NCBI GenBank assembly: GCA_902775895.1
Contig: CACYNO010000008.1
Location: 17,557 to 81,556, forward strand
Length of the DNA: 64,000 bases
From: an uncultured Lachnospiraceae bacterium
GTDB lineage: Bacteria; Bacillota; Clostridia; Lachnospirales; Lachnospiraceae
Direction of reading: 5' to 3'
Below are positions 40,415-49,103 of the stretch, piece by piece (positions within the stretch are counted from its first letter, which is position 1; every line of letters starts with the position of its first letter). The notes under the pieces are model-generated. The model was not told the DNA's origin. It did not search any database and was given only the letters and a program-made list of their open reading frames with translations. Both the position numbers and the translations under genes were made by a program.

Positions 40415-40480
40415 GGAAGACACAGGGACGGTTCTTTTGTCTTTAAATATCAAGACAAAAGAACCGTCCCTGTGTCTTCC
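40415..40480 (-). terminator. 29-bp perfect-stem hairpin downstream of the dehydrogenase gene
   Basis: GGAAGACACAGGGACGGTTCTTTTGTCTT - 8 nt loop - exact complement, 30 nt after the stop at 40510. Confidence 0.5.
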
Positions 40481-40509
40481 ATCAACAAATATATCTCTGT
40501 TTCCCGGAC

Positions 40510-41475
40510 TTATTTATATTTATAGAATCCTTCTCCGGCATTTATTCCGGTTTTTCCGGCATCTATCTTCTCTTTAAGCTTTACAGCGATCTTGGCTGCA
40601 GTAGAGTCAGGATCAGATGTAGCCTCAGGATTGTTCATGACTATGTTATAAGCTGTGGGCAGTCCTACAATATCAAGGATCCTGAAAGGTCCCGTAGGGG
40701 CGCCTGTTGCCAGCATCCAAGTCTTGTCTATAGTCTCCGGGTCTGCAACATCATTTGCGTAAAGTGCCTGAGCCGCATTCAGGAAAGGCACCAACATGGA
40801 GTTTAAGATATATCCCGGCTGTTCCTTGTGAAGTTCAAGAGGAACCATGCCGATCTGACCGGCAAACTCGGAAACCGCCTTATAGGCCCCGGGATCCGTG
40901 CCTTCATGTCCCATAACCTCTGCAGTATTCATTCTCCATATTTCATTGGCAAAATGAAGCGCAAGGTACTTCTCAGGTCTTCCTGTGTACTCTGCAAATG
41001 TGCTGGGGAGCATGGTAGATGAATTTGTTGCCAGGATAGTCTTTTCCGGCAAATGTCCTGCCAGTTCTTTGTAGAATTCTATTTTTGCCCGGGGATTTTC
41101 CGCCATAGCCTCGATCACAAGATCAGCGTTGCCAAATGCCTCATCCATATCCGTCACATACTTTATGTTATTGTATGCGTCATCGGCATTTGCCTTTAAC
41201 AGGTCAGCCTCCTCCTGAGACATCCCGGAGAAGTTTTTCTGATCCTTTACCAGACCCCTGCAAAATGTGCGGGGATCCACTCCCTCCGATGCAGCCATGG
41301 CATCTATACTCTTAAGATAAATGCCGTGGAGTCGCTCTATTTTTTCCTTTGCCCTTTCCACAGACTCAGGGCTTCTGAGCCATATGGTAACATCAAAGCC
41401 TTTGTATGCTGTCTGATATGCTATCTGACTTCCCAAAACTCCGCCGCCTGCAAGTGTAACCTTCTTAAAACTCAT
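40510..41475 (-). CDS. 3-hydroxyacyl-CoA dehydrogenase family protein
   Basis: GGGVLGSQIA Rossmann motif. Start at MSFKKVTLAGG after a GGAGG RBS (ORF track 41502). Confidence 0.85.
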   Translation of the reverse strand: MSFKKVTLAGGGVLGSQIAYQTAYKGFDVTIWLRSPESVERAKEKIERLHGIYLKSIDAMAASEGVDPRTFCRGLVKDQKNFSGMSQEEADLLKANADDAYNNIKYVTDMDEAFGNADLVIEAMAENPRAKIEFYKELAGHLPEKTILATNSSTMLPSTFAEYTGRPEKYLALHFANEIWRMNTAEVMGHEGTDPGAYKAVSEFAGQIGMVPLELHKEQPGYILNSMLVPFLNAAQALYANDVADPETIDKTWMLATGAPTGPFRILDIVGLPTAYNIVMNNPEATSDPDSTAAKIAVKLKEKIDAGKTGINAGEGFYKYK

Positions 41476-41715
41476 ATATATACACCTCCGTATTTTGATC
41501 AAAGTAATAGTTTCAAATTATAGATTATGGTGGCAATTCTATATCTTTATGTTTTATTTTAATAGTCCCAGATAGTAAATAAAAAAGAGAACCAGATTCA
41601 CGATTTTTCCCTGGTGTCTTACGGATAAACAATCCGGAAGCATAACACAAAAATATAATTTCTGATATGATTAAAAATAAGTGACTTATAATATCCAACA
41701 AAAGGAGTATTTATC

Positions 41716-42456
41716 ATGAAAAAAGATTTAGGAATCGTACAGGCTGTATTTCCCATGCCTGTGCTTATGGTGGCAAGCTACGACGAAAACGGAGTGCCCG
41801 ATGTAATGAATGCGGCATGGGGCATGATAAGCAAGCCGGACCAGATAACACTTTACTTAAGCGAACCCCACAAGACCGTAAAGAACATACGCTTTTCCAA
41901 AGCATTTACAGTCAGCCTTGCAGATGAAGCCCATGTGGCAGAGGCTGATTTCTTCGGCATGGCATCCGGCAACAATATGCCTGATAAATTCGAAAAAAGC
42001 GGTCTGACACAGACAAAAAGCAGCCGGGTCAATGCCCCCGTTGTTGAAGAATTTCCCCTTGCCATAGAGTGTGAGCTTCAGGAAATCATAGAAACAGAGC
42101 ATTCCCACGCTATCGTAGGTAAGATCGTAAATGTAATGGCAGATGAAAATGTTCTTGATGAGGAAGGAAAGGTTGATCCCGCAAAGCTAAACGCTGTTAT
42201 ATTTGACAATTTCCGCTCCGGTTATTACAAAGTCGGGGATAAGGTAGCCCAGGCATGGGATGCCGGCAAGAAATTACGCTTTGATGCATGCTTCGTCATC
42301 AGATTATCCAATGTCCGCTTTCCCTGCTTTTTATCCATTCTGAAACAGCATACAACGGAACATTTACAATTCTTTCCTGTTCTCTGTAAGGTGACATGGA
42401 AAAGCGCCAACCCTTCATATCCGTTTTGTCCTTCAACACAGTCTGCAAGCTTTTAG
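41716..42456 (+). CDS. flavin reductase-like (FMN-binding split barrel) protein, copy A, with an anomalous about 55-aa C-terminal extension
   Basis: Paralogue of 43730..44293 up to ...YYKVGDKVAQAWDAGKKL. It then reads on into the antisense of the ATPase remnant. Confidence 0.75.
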   Translation: MKKDLGIVQAVFPMPVLMVASYDENGVPDVMNAAWGMISKPDQITLYLSEPHKTVKNIRFSKAFTVSLADEAHVAEADFFGMASGNNMPDKFEKSGLTQTKSSRVNAPVVEEFPLAIECELQEIIETEHSHAIVGKIVNVMADENVLDEEGKVDPAKLNAVIFDNFRSGYYKVGDKVAQAWDAGKKLRFDACFVIRLSNVRFPCFLSILKQHTTEHLQFFPVLCKVTWKSANPSYPFCPSTQSASF

Positions 42457-42757
42457 ATTTAAGATTTTCTTCAGCTTTTACTTCTATTGGATAAACCTTG
42501 TCCATCTGTATAACAAAGTCAATCTCCATTGTGGAATTTTCATTTGAATAATAATACGGCTCCACTCCACTTGCGATCATCTGCTGTGCAACATATTGCT
42601 CCGTAAAAGAACCCTTATATTCTTTGAAAATATTGCTTCCGGACAATATGTCCTTTGCCGGAACACTTGATTTGGCACCTAAAAGACCAAGATCTGATGA
42701 AAAAAGCTTAAATATCGTAAGCTTTTCGTTTTATAAAAGTTCCTTTTTTATTGTCAT
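42299..42757 (-). pseudogene. internally deleted DUF4143 ATPase paralogue
   Basis: ATG at 42757 followed 8 codons later by a stop. The remaining sequence (...FKLFSSDLGLLG... / ORF 42299..42646) matches only the C-terminal third of 38937..40232. No Walker A. Confidence 0.7.
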
Positions 42758-42790
42758 TATATAGCTGTCCGTTCGTATATTCAGTGATTT

Positions 42791-42882
42791 TTACATTTTT
42801 CTCGGGGAATATTTTACAAAAGTTACATTTTTCTTGGTGATTGTTTTGCAAAAGTTACATTTTTCTCGGGGAATGTTTTGAG
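42791..42882. repeat. three tandem about 32-bp repeats upstream of the ATPase remnant
   Basis: TTACATTTTTCT[C/T]GG[G/T]GA[A/T]T[A/G]TTTT[A/G]CAAAAG x2.9, head to tail. Confidence 0.8.
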
Positions 42883-43022
42883 TTGGGTCAATTGCGAACC
42901 GAAGCTTTAATTACGCGGTCTTATATTTTTGCTTTATGTAAAAGTATGGATTGGCGCTAAGCCATAATTTATGATGGCATATGAACACAGGTTTAGCAAT
43001 TGGATATTACTATTTTATGTGC

Positions 43023-43060
43023 AAAAAAACTGCTCCTTTAACACAAAAGAACAGTTTTTT
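43023..43060. terminator. bidirectional terminator after the flavoprotein gene
   Basis: A-run, AACTGCTC/GAACAGTT stem (7/8), T-run. Confidence 0.5.
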
Positions 43061-43064
43061 ACAA

Positions 43065-43715
43065 TTACCAGGGAGCTTTTACCATCTGTGCCCCGAAGTT
43101 AAATGCTTTTTTCATTTCTTCCGGAAACACCTTATTATGGCGCTCCCGCTTTAGCACCGGGTCAAAAAGAGTCCAGTTAAACCTGCCGTAATCCTTGACC
43201 TGAAGTGTATTATCAACGATCATAACCTTTGTATTACCAACTGTTTCTGACAAGGTCTTCTGATAATTTTCTACGGTCTTATCATATCCCAGTGAAGCAT
43301 AGTATTCTATCGGAGCATTGCTCGTCATGATAAATAGAACCGGGACCTTACGACTGTCATACCGTTGAGGCTCCTTCTTATAGGTAATCGACTGAAATAT
43401 AAGACGTTCATAAAGCGCACGGAAACCGGCAGAGGCATCTCCCAGATAATTTGGTGTTCCAATGACAAGACCGTCGGAACTGCGTATTGCCTCCAGCACC
43501 GGTAAAAGTCCGTCCTTAAAGATACATTTCCCCTCATTAGGCTCACGCTTACAGGCAAAACATGACATACAGCCATGAAATTTGTCCAGACGATACAGGT
43601 CGATCACCTGCACGTCGGCACCTTCGGATTCCGCCCCTTTTGCCGCTTCGCGCAACAAACTCCCTGTATTCATATTAGTGCGGGGACTGGTATTGATAAC
43701 TACGATCTTTTTCAT
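43065..43715 (-). CDS. flavodoxin-fold NADPH-dependent FMN reductase / iron-sulfur flavoprotein-like
   Basis: 216 aa, NTSPRTNMNT phosphate loop, Cys cluster CMSCFAC...C. Confidence 0.8.
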   Translation of the reverse strand: MKKIVVINTSPRTNMNTGSLLREAAKGAESEGADVQVIDLYRLDKFHGCMSCFACKREPNEGKCIFKDGLLPVLEAIRSSDGLVIGTPNYLGDASAGFRALYERLIFQSITYKKEPQRYDSRKVPVLFIMTSNAPIEYYASLGYDKTVENYQKTLSETVGNTKVMIVDNTLQVKDYGRFNWTLFDPVLKRERHNKVFPEEMKKAFNFGAQMVKAPW

Positions 43716-43729
43716 AGAAATCTCCTGTC

Positions 43730-44293
43730 TTATTTTAATTTCAACCCGTCCTTGAAAGCATCCCCCACCCTGCCGGACACCTTATAATACCCGTGTGTAT
43801 ATGGATCAAATGTAATAGCCCCCAGAGCAGCAACGTCCACCTTGCCGTCCTTCATCTTATCTTCATCGACGGAGGTCCTTAACACCCTTCCGATAACCCC
43901 AAGACCGGTTTCACCGCTCTGATACTCGATGAACTCACACTCCAGGGCGATGGGGAACTCATTTATTATCGGAGCATCCACAAGCTCTGACTTGGTAAAT
44001 GTCATCCCGCTTTTTGCAAATTTGTCCTTCTCATTTCTTCCGCTGACTACACCGAAATAATCCGCTTCCGTAACGTGCGCTGCATCTGCGATGGATACCA
44101 CAAAGCCTTTTCTTGCCCTGATGTTCTCTACGGTCTTGTGTGTCTCAGTAAGGTTCAGCGCCACTTTTGTCCTGTCAACCATGGTTCCCCAGGCCGCGTT
44201 CATCACATCCACACTACCGTCCTCATTAAATGTCGAAACCATGAGTACCGGCACAGGGAAAATCGCCTCTGTTATTTCAATCTGCTGTTTCAT
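43730..44293 (-). CDS. flavin reductase-like protein, copy B
   Basis: Start at MKQQIEI after an AGGAGG RBS (ORF track 44332). Ends ...AFKDGLKLK. Confidence 0.8.
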   Translation of the reverse strand: MKQQIEITEAIFPVPVLMVSTFNEDGSVDVMNAAWGTMVDRTKVALNLTETHKTVENIRARKGFVVSIADAAHVTEADYFGVVSGRNEKDKFAKSGMTFTKSELVDAPIINEFPIALECEFIEYQSGETGLGVIGRVLRTSVDEDKMKDGKVDVAALGAITFDPYTHGYYKVSGRVGDAFKDGLKLK

Positions 44294-44310
44294 TTCGTTA
44301 CCTCCTTTTT

Positions 44311-44664
44311 TTATTTCAGTGCTTCCATCCATTCATCTTCTTTAAATCCGGCAAGGACTTTACCGCCGGTGATAAGAAGCGGTCTTTTTACCAGCATTCC
44401 GTCGGAGGCAAGGATTTTAAACATCTCCTCTTCACTCATTTCCGGCAGCTTTTTTGACAGTCCCATTTCTCTGTAAAGCTGTCCGCTGGTATTGAAAAAC
44501 TTACGGAGAGGTAAACCGCTTTTTTTATGCAACTTTTTAAGTGTCTCCTCGTCGGGGTGATCCTCCTTAATGTCGACAGACTTGTACTCTATCTTATTTT
44601 CATCCAGCCATTTCAACGCTTTTTTACAAGTTGTACATCTTGAATAGCAATACACTTTAACCAT
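44311..44664 (-). CDS. ArsC/Spx/MgsR-family thioredoxin-fold protein
   Basis: 117 aa, N-terminal CTTC (CxxC) motif. Confidence 0.8.
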   Translation of the reverse strand: MVKVYCYSRCTTCKKALKWLDENKIEYKSVDIKEDHPDEETLKKLHKKSGLPLRKFFNTSGQLYREMGLSKKLPEMSEEEMFKILASDGMLVKRPLLITGGKVLAGFKEDEWMEALK

Positions 44665-44744
44665 AGGCTCCTCCTTTTGCTAATAATATTGTCGGATTTT
44701 TGTATACAACATCACAAGTTACTATGTTGATAATTATAACATTT

Positions 44745-45545
44745 CTAAGAATTAGTGCGGGGACTGGTATTGATAGCTACGATCTTTTTCATGTAAATCT
44801 CCTGTCTTATTTCAATCTGCTGTTTCATTTTTATGCCTCCTGTCATTTCTTGGTTATTTATAATTCCTACCCATCCACTCTCTTTATAAATCTTGCAGGC
44901 ACACCACCAACCACAGTGTTTGCCTCCACATCCTTTGTCACTACTGCTCCTGCTGCAGATCACCTCAACACCTTCAGCCTCCAGCAGCTTAGCCTGCGCC
45001 CCCGGTCCTCCGAATGCAAATTCTCCCGCAAGCTCGCCTTTGGAATTCACTACACGGTAGCATGGGATATTTTCCGGATCAGGATTTTTGTGCAGGGCGT
45101 TCCCTACGGCTCTTGCCATCTTGGGATTTCCCGCCATCTCCGCCACCCGGGCATACGTGGCAACCCGGCCGTACGGGATCTTCTTAACGGCTTTGTAAAT
45201 CATTTTTGCCGGACTGTAGGATATCAGGTCATAACTGTCTGCTATCATCTGCTTTATATCCCTATCCGGGATACTACCATCCAATATAACGGTGTTCCAG
45301 TGTTCTTTATTCTGATGATATCCGGGAAGAACTGACTTATAGGCCCTGCGCCAAAAATACAGTTTGTCACTGTCTGCCTTTACATTCATATTTACAAAAC
45401 CGTTTCTCTCATAGGTCCATAAAAATGCTTTTTTATTGTCTTTGAATCTCACCAGCTGCCAGTTGTCATCATGAAAAGGAGCATCCCTGTAGGTGTCGGG
45501 AAATGAGAGTCCGTATTTAAGTACCTGCTCTCTGGTTTTTATCAT
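44745..45545 (-). CDS. YjbR/MmcQ-like domain fused to an MGMT (methylated-DNA--protein-cysteine methyltransferase) DNA-binding domain, with a chimeric C-terminal tail
   Basis: N-terminal YjbR-like block, then ...[26 protein letters not shown]...IPCYRVV.... The last about 60 aa are translated from the scar region. Confidence 0.7.
   Translation of the reverse strand: MIKTREQVLKYGLSFPDTYRDAPFHDDNWQLVRFKDNKKAFLWTYERNGFVNMNVKADSDKLYFWRRAYKSVLPGYHQNKEHWNTVILDGSIPDRDIKQMIADSYDLISYSPAKMIYKAVKKIPYGRVATYARVAEMAGNPKMARAVGNALHKNPDPENIPCYRVVNSKGELAGEFAFGGPGAQAKLLEAEGVEVICSRSSSDKGCGGKHCGWWCACKIYKESGWVGIINNQEMTGGIKMKQQIEIRQEIYMKKIVAINTSPRTNS
44751..44831 (-). repeat. rearrangement scar: 5' end of a second flavoprotein gene joined to the start/RBS of a deleted flavin reductase gene
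   Basis: 44751-44813 aligns with 43674-43736 and 44807-44830 aligns with 44272-44295. Confidence 0.75.
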
Positions 45546-46507
45546 ACCGTTATCTCCTCAAATCTTTTAAACACTTCTTGCGGCGCGCTGATCCCGTAGG
45601 ATGCCCCTAATCCTTCCACCACACACGAAGCCGCCGCATTCCCGAACCTACCGCAAGCCTCTAAGGACAATCCCCTGCTCAATCCGTACAAAAAGCCGGC
45701 TGCAAAAGCATCTCCCGCTCCGGTGGTATCTACTACCCTTTCAACCGGGTACGGAGGGATCTCCGTACATTTTCCGTCCTTAAATATCAGACATCCGTTT
45801 TTCCCCCGTGTGATGATCACGCATTTAACCCCGGCATCAGCAAAAAGACGGGCATTCTCATAAACATCACTTATTCCCGTAAGCATTGATGCCTCTTCTT
45901 CATTCGGAAAAATGTAATCCACATATTGAAGGCACTCTTTCAGGTCCTCCAGAGTCTCACCGTTTTTCGGCTTTGTCATATCGACAGCAAGAATACGGTC
46001 AGGACGGGCCTTTATGACTTTAAAAATATCACCTAACGCACCAATATCCAAAAGCGGTGAAACAAACATAGCCGCAAAACTCACCATATCCGAACCTGTG
46101 TCAAGAAGAGGTTCAATGTCCTGATTTTCCATCTTGCGGTTACTTCCACCCGGATTAGTCAGGAAATACCGCTCTCCGCCATTATCAACCAGAACAACGT
46201 TTACACTTGTACATCCCGTCCCGGAAGTGTCCATGATGATCCCTTTATCTGATATGCCTTCAGATTTTATAAAACGCAGTATCTGCTCCCCGGCTTCATC
46301 ATCTGCAAGCTTTGAGACCAGTTCCACGTCAGCACCCAGCCTTTTTAAGATAACGGCTTCATTAAGGCCACCGCCTCCGTAAGAGACAAGAATGTCTTCC
46401 ATGGGCTGTGAACCTGCTTTTATTTTTGAAAAATCAACAGGACATGCCATTACATCGACATTTGCATGACCTATTACCGTTATTTTTTTATTTGCTGTTT
46501 TGTCCAT
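45542..46507 (-). CDS. PfkB-family carbohydrate kinase
   Basis: DTTGAGDAF ATP/anion-hole motif. Start uncertain (ORF track 46681; homology-like region starts at MDKTANKKITVIGH). Confidence 0.75.
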   Translation of the reverse strand: MDKTANKKITVIGHANVDVMACPVDFSKIKAGSQPMEDILVSYGGGGLNEAVILKRLGADVELVSKLADDEAGEQILRFIKSEGISDKGIIMDTSGTGCTSVNVVLVDNGGERYFLTNPGGSNRKMENQDIEPLLDTGSDMVSFAAMFVSPLLDIGALGDIFKVIKARPDRILAVDMTKPKNGETLEDLKECLQYVDYIFPNEEEASMLTGISDVYENARLFADAGVKCVIITRGKNGCLIFKDGKCTEIPPYPVERVVDTTGAGDAFAAGFLYGLSRGLSLEACGRFGNAAASCVVEGLGASYGISAPQEVFKRFEEITV

Positions 46508-46754
46508 AATAATTTTTTTCACCCGAATGATATTTTTTACCACTATCATTTTCTCACATTTATCGATTTTGTGGAATAGAACTGTATTTACATCCTCAAA
46601 TCGGCAATCGGTCCCATCTTCTCTACCTATGGTTGAGTTAAAAATAATGATATCAACCTCCGGTTCGTGGTAAAAAAACATGAATAATATATGCTATCAT
46701 ATAGAAATACATATCAAATGCATTTCCGAACTTCATAAAAAAGAGGTGTTTGAA

Positions 46755-47363
46755 TTGGATCAGGAAAAGATCGGAAAATTTATTGCAGCATGCAGAAAAG
46801 ATCAGGGATTTACCCAGGCAAAACTCGCAGAAAGACTCGGGCTTACGGATCGTGCAGTTTCCAAATGGGAGAACGGAAAAAGCATGCCTGATGCTTCCAT
46901 CATGCTTGATTTGTGCGAACTGCTTAAGATAAATGTAAATGAACTATTAAGCGGTGAAAGACTTGATACCGCAAGCTACAAAGAAAAAGCAGAAGATAAT
47001 CTTCTCGAATTGCATTTACAGGAAGAAAAAGCAAATAAAAAAATGCTGGGGCTCGAGATTGTCATTGGAACTATTTCTGTTATATCCTTTTGCGTAACGC
47101 TTATCATAGCTGCCGGTGCAGAAATGCCTGTTTGGGCCCGCGTCATACTGATAGTCACAGGCTCCTTTGTATTAGCCCTGGGAATTTTTTACTCCATTAA
47201 GATAGAACGTGAAGCGGGATATTATGAATGTCAGGAGTGCGGTGCAAGATATGTGCCGTCCATGAAAGCAGTTATATTCGCACCACATATCGGAAGAAGC
47301 AGGCAGCTGAAATGCCCTTACTGCGGTAAGCGTAACTATCACAAGAAAACTTTGACTAAATAG
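46755..47363 (+). CDS. XRE-family HTH regulator with two TM segments and a C-terminal CxxC...CxxC zinc ribbon
   Basis: TTG start 7 nt after AGAGGTG. HTH QAKLAERLGLTDRAVSKWENGK. CQECG...CPYCG. Confidence 0.75.
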   Translation: MDQEKIGKFIAACRKDQGFTQAKLAERLGLTDRAVSKWENGKSMPDASIMLDLCELLKINVNELLSGERLDTASYKEKAEDNLLELHLQEEKANKKMLGLEIVIGTISVISFCVTLIIAAGAEMPVWARVILIVTGSFVLALGIFYSIKIEREAGYYECQECGARYVPSMKAVIFAPHIGRSRQLKCPYCGKRNYHKKTLTK

Positions 47364-47365
47364 GG

Positions 47366-47395
47366 AAAAGGGCGGGTCCATTGACCCGCCCTTTT
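47366..47395. terminator. bidirectional terminator
   Basis: AAAAGGGCGGGTC - 4 nt - GACCCGCCCTTTT perfect stem. Confidence 0.7.
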
Positions 47396-47447
47396 CTCAC
47401 GCTTCAAATCTAATATGTGCATTTTTTCCATCCATTAATGTTTGATA

Positions 47448-48068
47448 TCAACTTCCTGATCTGCCGCTTAATATCTCAAACATAGTTTTATTCTGATCTT
47501 TAGGGTCAAGGTCCACATTTGCCGCGCTGTCTTTTAACGAGGCATCCGTTATCGGCATCTCGTAAACTATATTGTGCTCTATCCACTCATACGCCATGTC
47601 CTCAGACGTCCTGTATGACTTAAGGTCAGCTCCGTGTACCGGGTAGATATTTATCAAAGCACCACATATCAACTGCATATCTTTACTGTTTCTTATCTTG
47701 CAGGAATCAAATATCTTCCAGTTATCATATTCGTGAAGAACTTCAAATGTCATGCCGTCATAATAAAACCGGTAATAGTCATAATCTTCATCACTATACT
47801 GAAATGTCACTTCCGGTTCATCTGATAATTTCGGTTCTCCTTCATCATATCCTGCCGTGCGGACCAGTTCCTCTATACGTGACATTTTCTCAGAGGTGGT
47901 GGTTTCCGCAAATTCGGTATCCGTTGTCACAACAATATCGGAGGATGACTCTGTCTCCTCCGATGTCTGTTGTTGAGTATCACCTGTTTCTAAAGCACAT
48001 GCAGTCAGTAAAAACGCAAATGCGATAACAGGAAATTTTAAAATATGCAACTTCAATTTAACGATCAC
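47448..48068 (-). CDS. lipoprotein of unknown function
   Basis: Lipobox LTAC; 4-nt overlap with the upstream ArsR gene. Confidence 0.55.
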   Translation of the reverse strand: MIVKLKLHILKFPVIAFAFLLTACALETGDTQQQTSEETESSSDIVVTTDTEFAETTTSEKMSRIEELVRTAGYDEGEPKLSDEPEVTFQYSDEDYDYYRFYYDGMTFEVLHEYDNWKIFDSCKIRNSKDMQLICGALINIYPVHGADLKSYRTSEDMAYEWIEHNIVYEMPITDASLKDSAANVDLDPKDQNKTMFEILSGRSGS

Positions 48069-48373
48069 ACCTCTGCCGCATGCTCAAGCCCCATTTTTAA
48101 AATAGTACTCACATGCTCATCCTTGAGGAAATAATAGGAATATCTTCCTTCTTTCCTTACACCTATAAGTCTTGCGTCTTTTAAGATTCTGAGCTGATGT
48201 GATACTGCCGACTGCTCCATCCCTACACTTTCAGATATTTCCTCTACACATTTTTCTGAATCCTGGAGACAGAAAAGTATTCTTATCCGGGTCTTGTCTC
48301 CGAACACTTTAAATCCGTCGGCTACCGCCTGTGCCTTTGTTTCGTCCATAACTCTCTCCTTACTCATGTTCAT
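48065..48373 (-). CDS. ArsR/SmtB-family transcriptional regulator
   Basis: 102 aa, ...RIRILFCL...VEEISESVGMEQSAVSHQLRILKDARL... winged helix. Confidence 0.85.
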   Translation of the reverse strand: MNMSKERVMDETKAQAVADGFKVFGDKTRIRILFCLQDSEKCVEEISESVGMEQSAVSHQLRILKDARLIGVRKEGRYSYYFLKDEHVSTILKMGLEHAAEV

Positions 48374-48416
48374 ATATTCATGTATTCATATTAACATCTT
48401 TCAGAGAAAAGTCAAC

Positions 48417-49037
48417 CTATAACCTGTTTAACGAAATCTCCAGCACCAGATCCGCCTGCTTTGCCGCCACCACCATGACCCTGGGCGAAAGAGGTGGCGA
48501 ATCTTTTATATCGCTGCTGCCGTCTCCCACAATAAAAAATGTATCACTGATCTTTTTTACAACTATATCATCGCTCTTACCGAAACCCGCTATGCCGGAT
48601 GCAGCTATCAGGTAGTTCACCTTCATCCCGGAACCCAGCACCCCGTTTACAAAAGTCGCCTTGCTCCTTGGATCATCAAAGGCTTCAATAAAGATATGGC
48701 AGTCTTTTACCCTGTCTTTAATGTCTCTAAAACTTTCAAATTTATCAGTTATAGTCTCTGTCGCAAGATCATGGTTTATCATATGCAGATTTTGCACCAA
48801 TGCATCTGTTTTCAGAAGTCCCGCCTGATCAGGAAAAAAGAATTGCCGGTTCAGGTTTTTTTCTTCCACCAAATCATAGTCAATAAGCACAAATTTTCTG
48901 AACCCGCACCGTACCAGCATATGGGCGATATTCGACCCCAGCCCGCCACAGCCGGCTATACATACCTTCGTGTTTTCTATTTTCCTGATCTGTTCCGGTG
49001 TGAAATAATGTTGTGAAACTTTTTTAAAATCATTCAT
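48417..49037 (-). CDS. thiF: ThiS adenylyltransferase ThiF (short form)
   Basis: 206 aa, GCGGLGS nucleotide loop, last gene of the thi block. Confidence 0.8.
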   Translation of the reverse strand: MNDFKKVSQHYFTPEQIRKIENTKVCIAGCGGLGSNIAHMLVRCGFRKFVLIDYDLVEEKNLNRQFFFPDQAGLLKTDALVQNLHMINHDLATETITDKFESFRDIKDRVKDCHIFIEAFDDPRSKATFVNGVLGSGMKVNYLIAASGIAGFGKSDDIVVKKISDTFFIVGDGSSDIKDSPPLSPRVMVVAAKQADLVLEISLNRL

Positions 49038-49103
49038 GATACTCTCCGTATCTTTACTGCTTAAACTTTAACCGATGTTCTTTGACAAGACAGGGCGAGG
49101 CAT

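Noticed and set aside
42791-42882. Possible CRISPR array (regular 32-bp repeats)
   Set aside because: The units are contiguous with no unique spacers, there are only about 3 copies, and there are no cas genes. This is a tandem repeat, not a CRISPR.
46508-46681. 58-aa N-terminal extension of the PfkB kinase ORF
   Set aside because: Kinase-like sequence starts at MDKTANKKITVIGH. The extension has no recognisable features and is more likely 5' leader or promoter DNA shared with the divergent XRE gene. The start remains uncertain.
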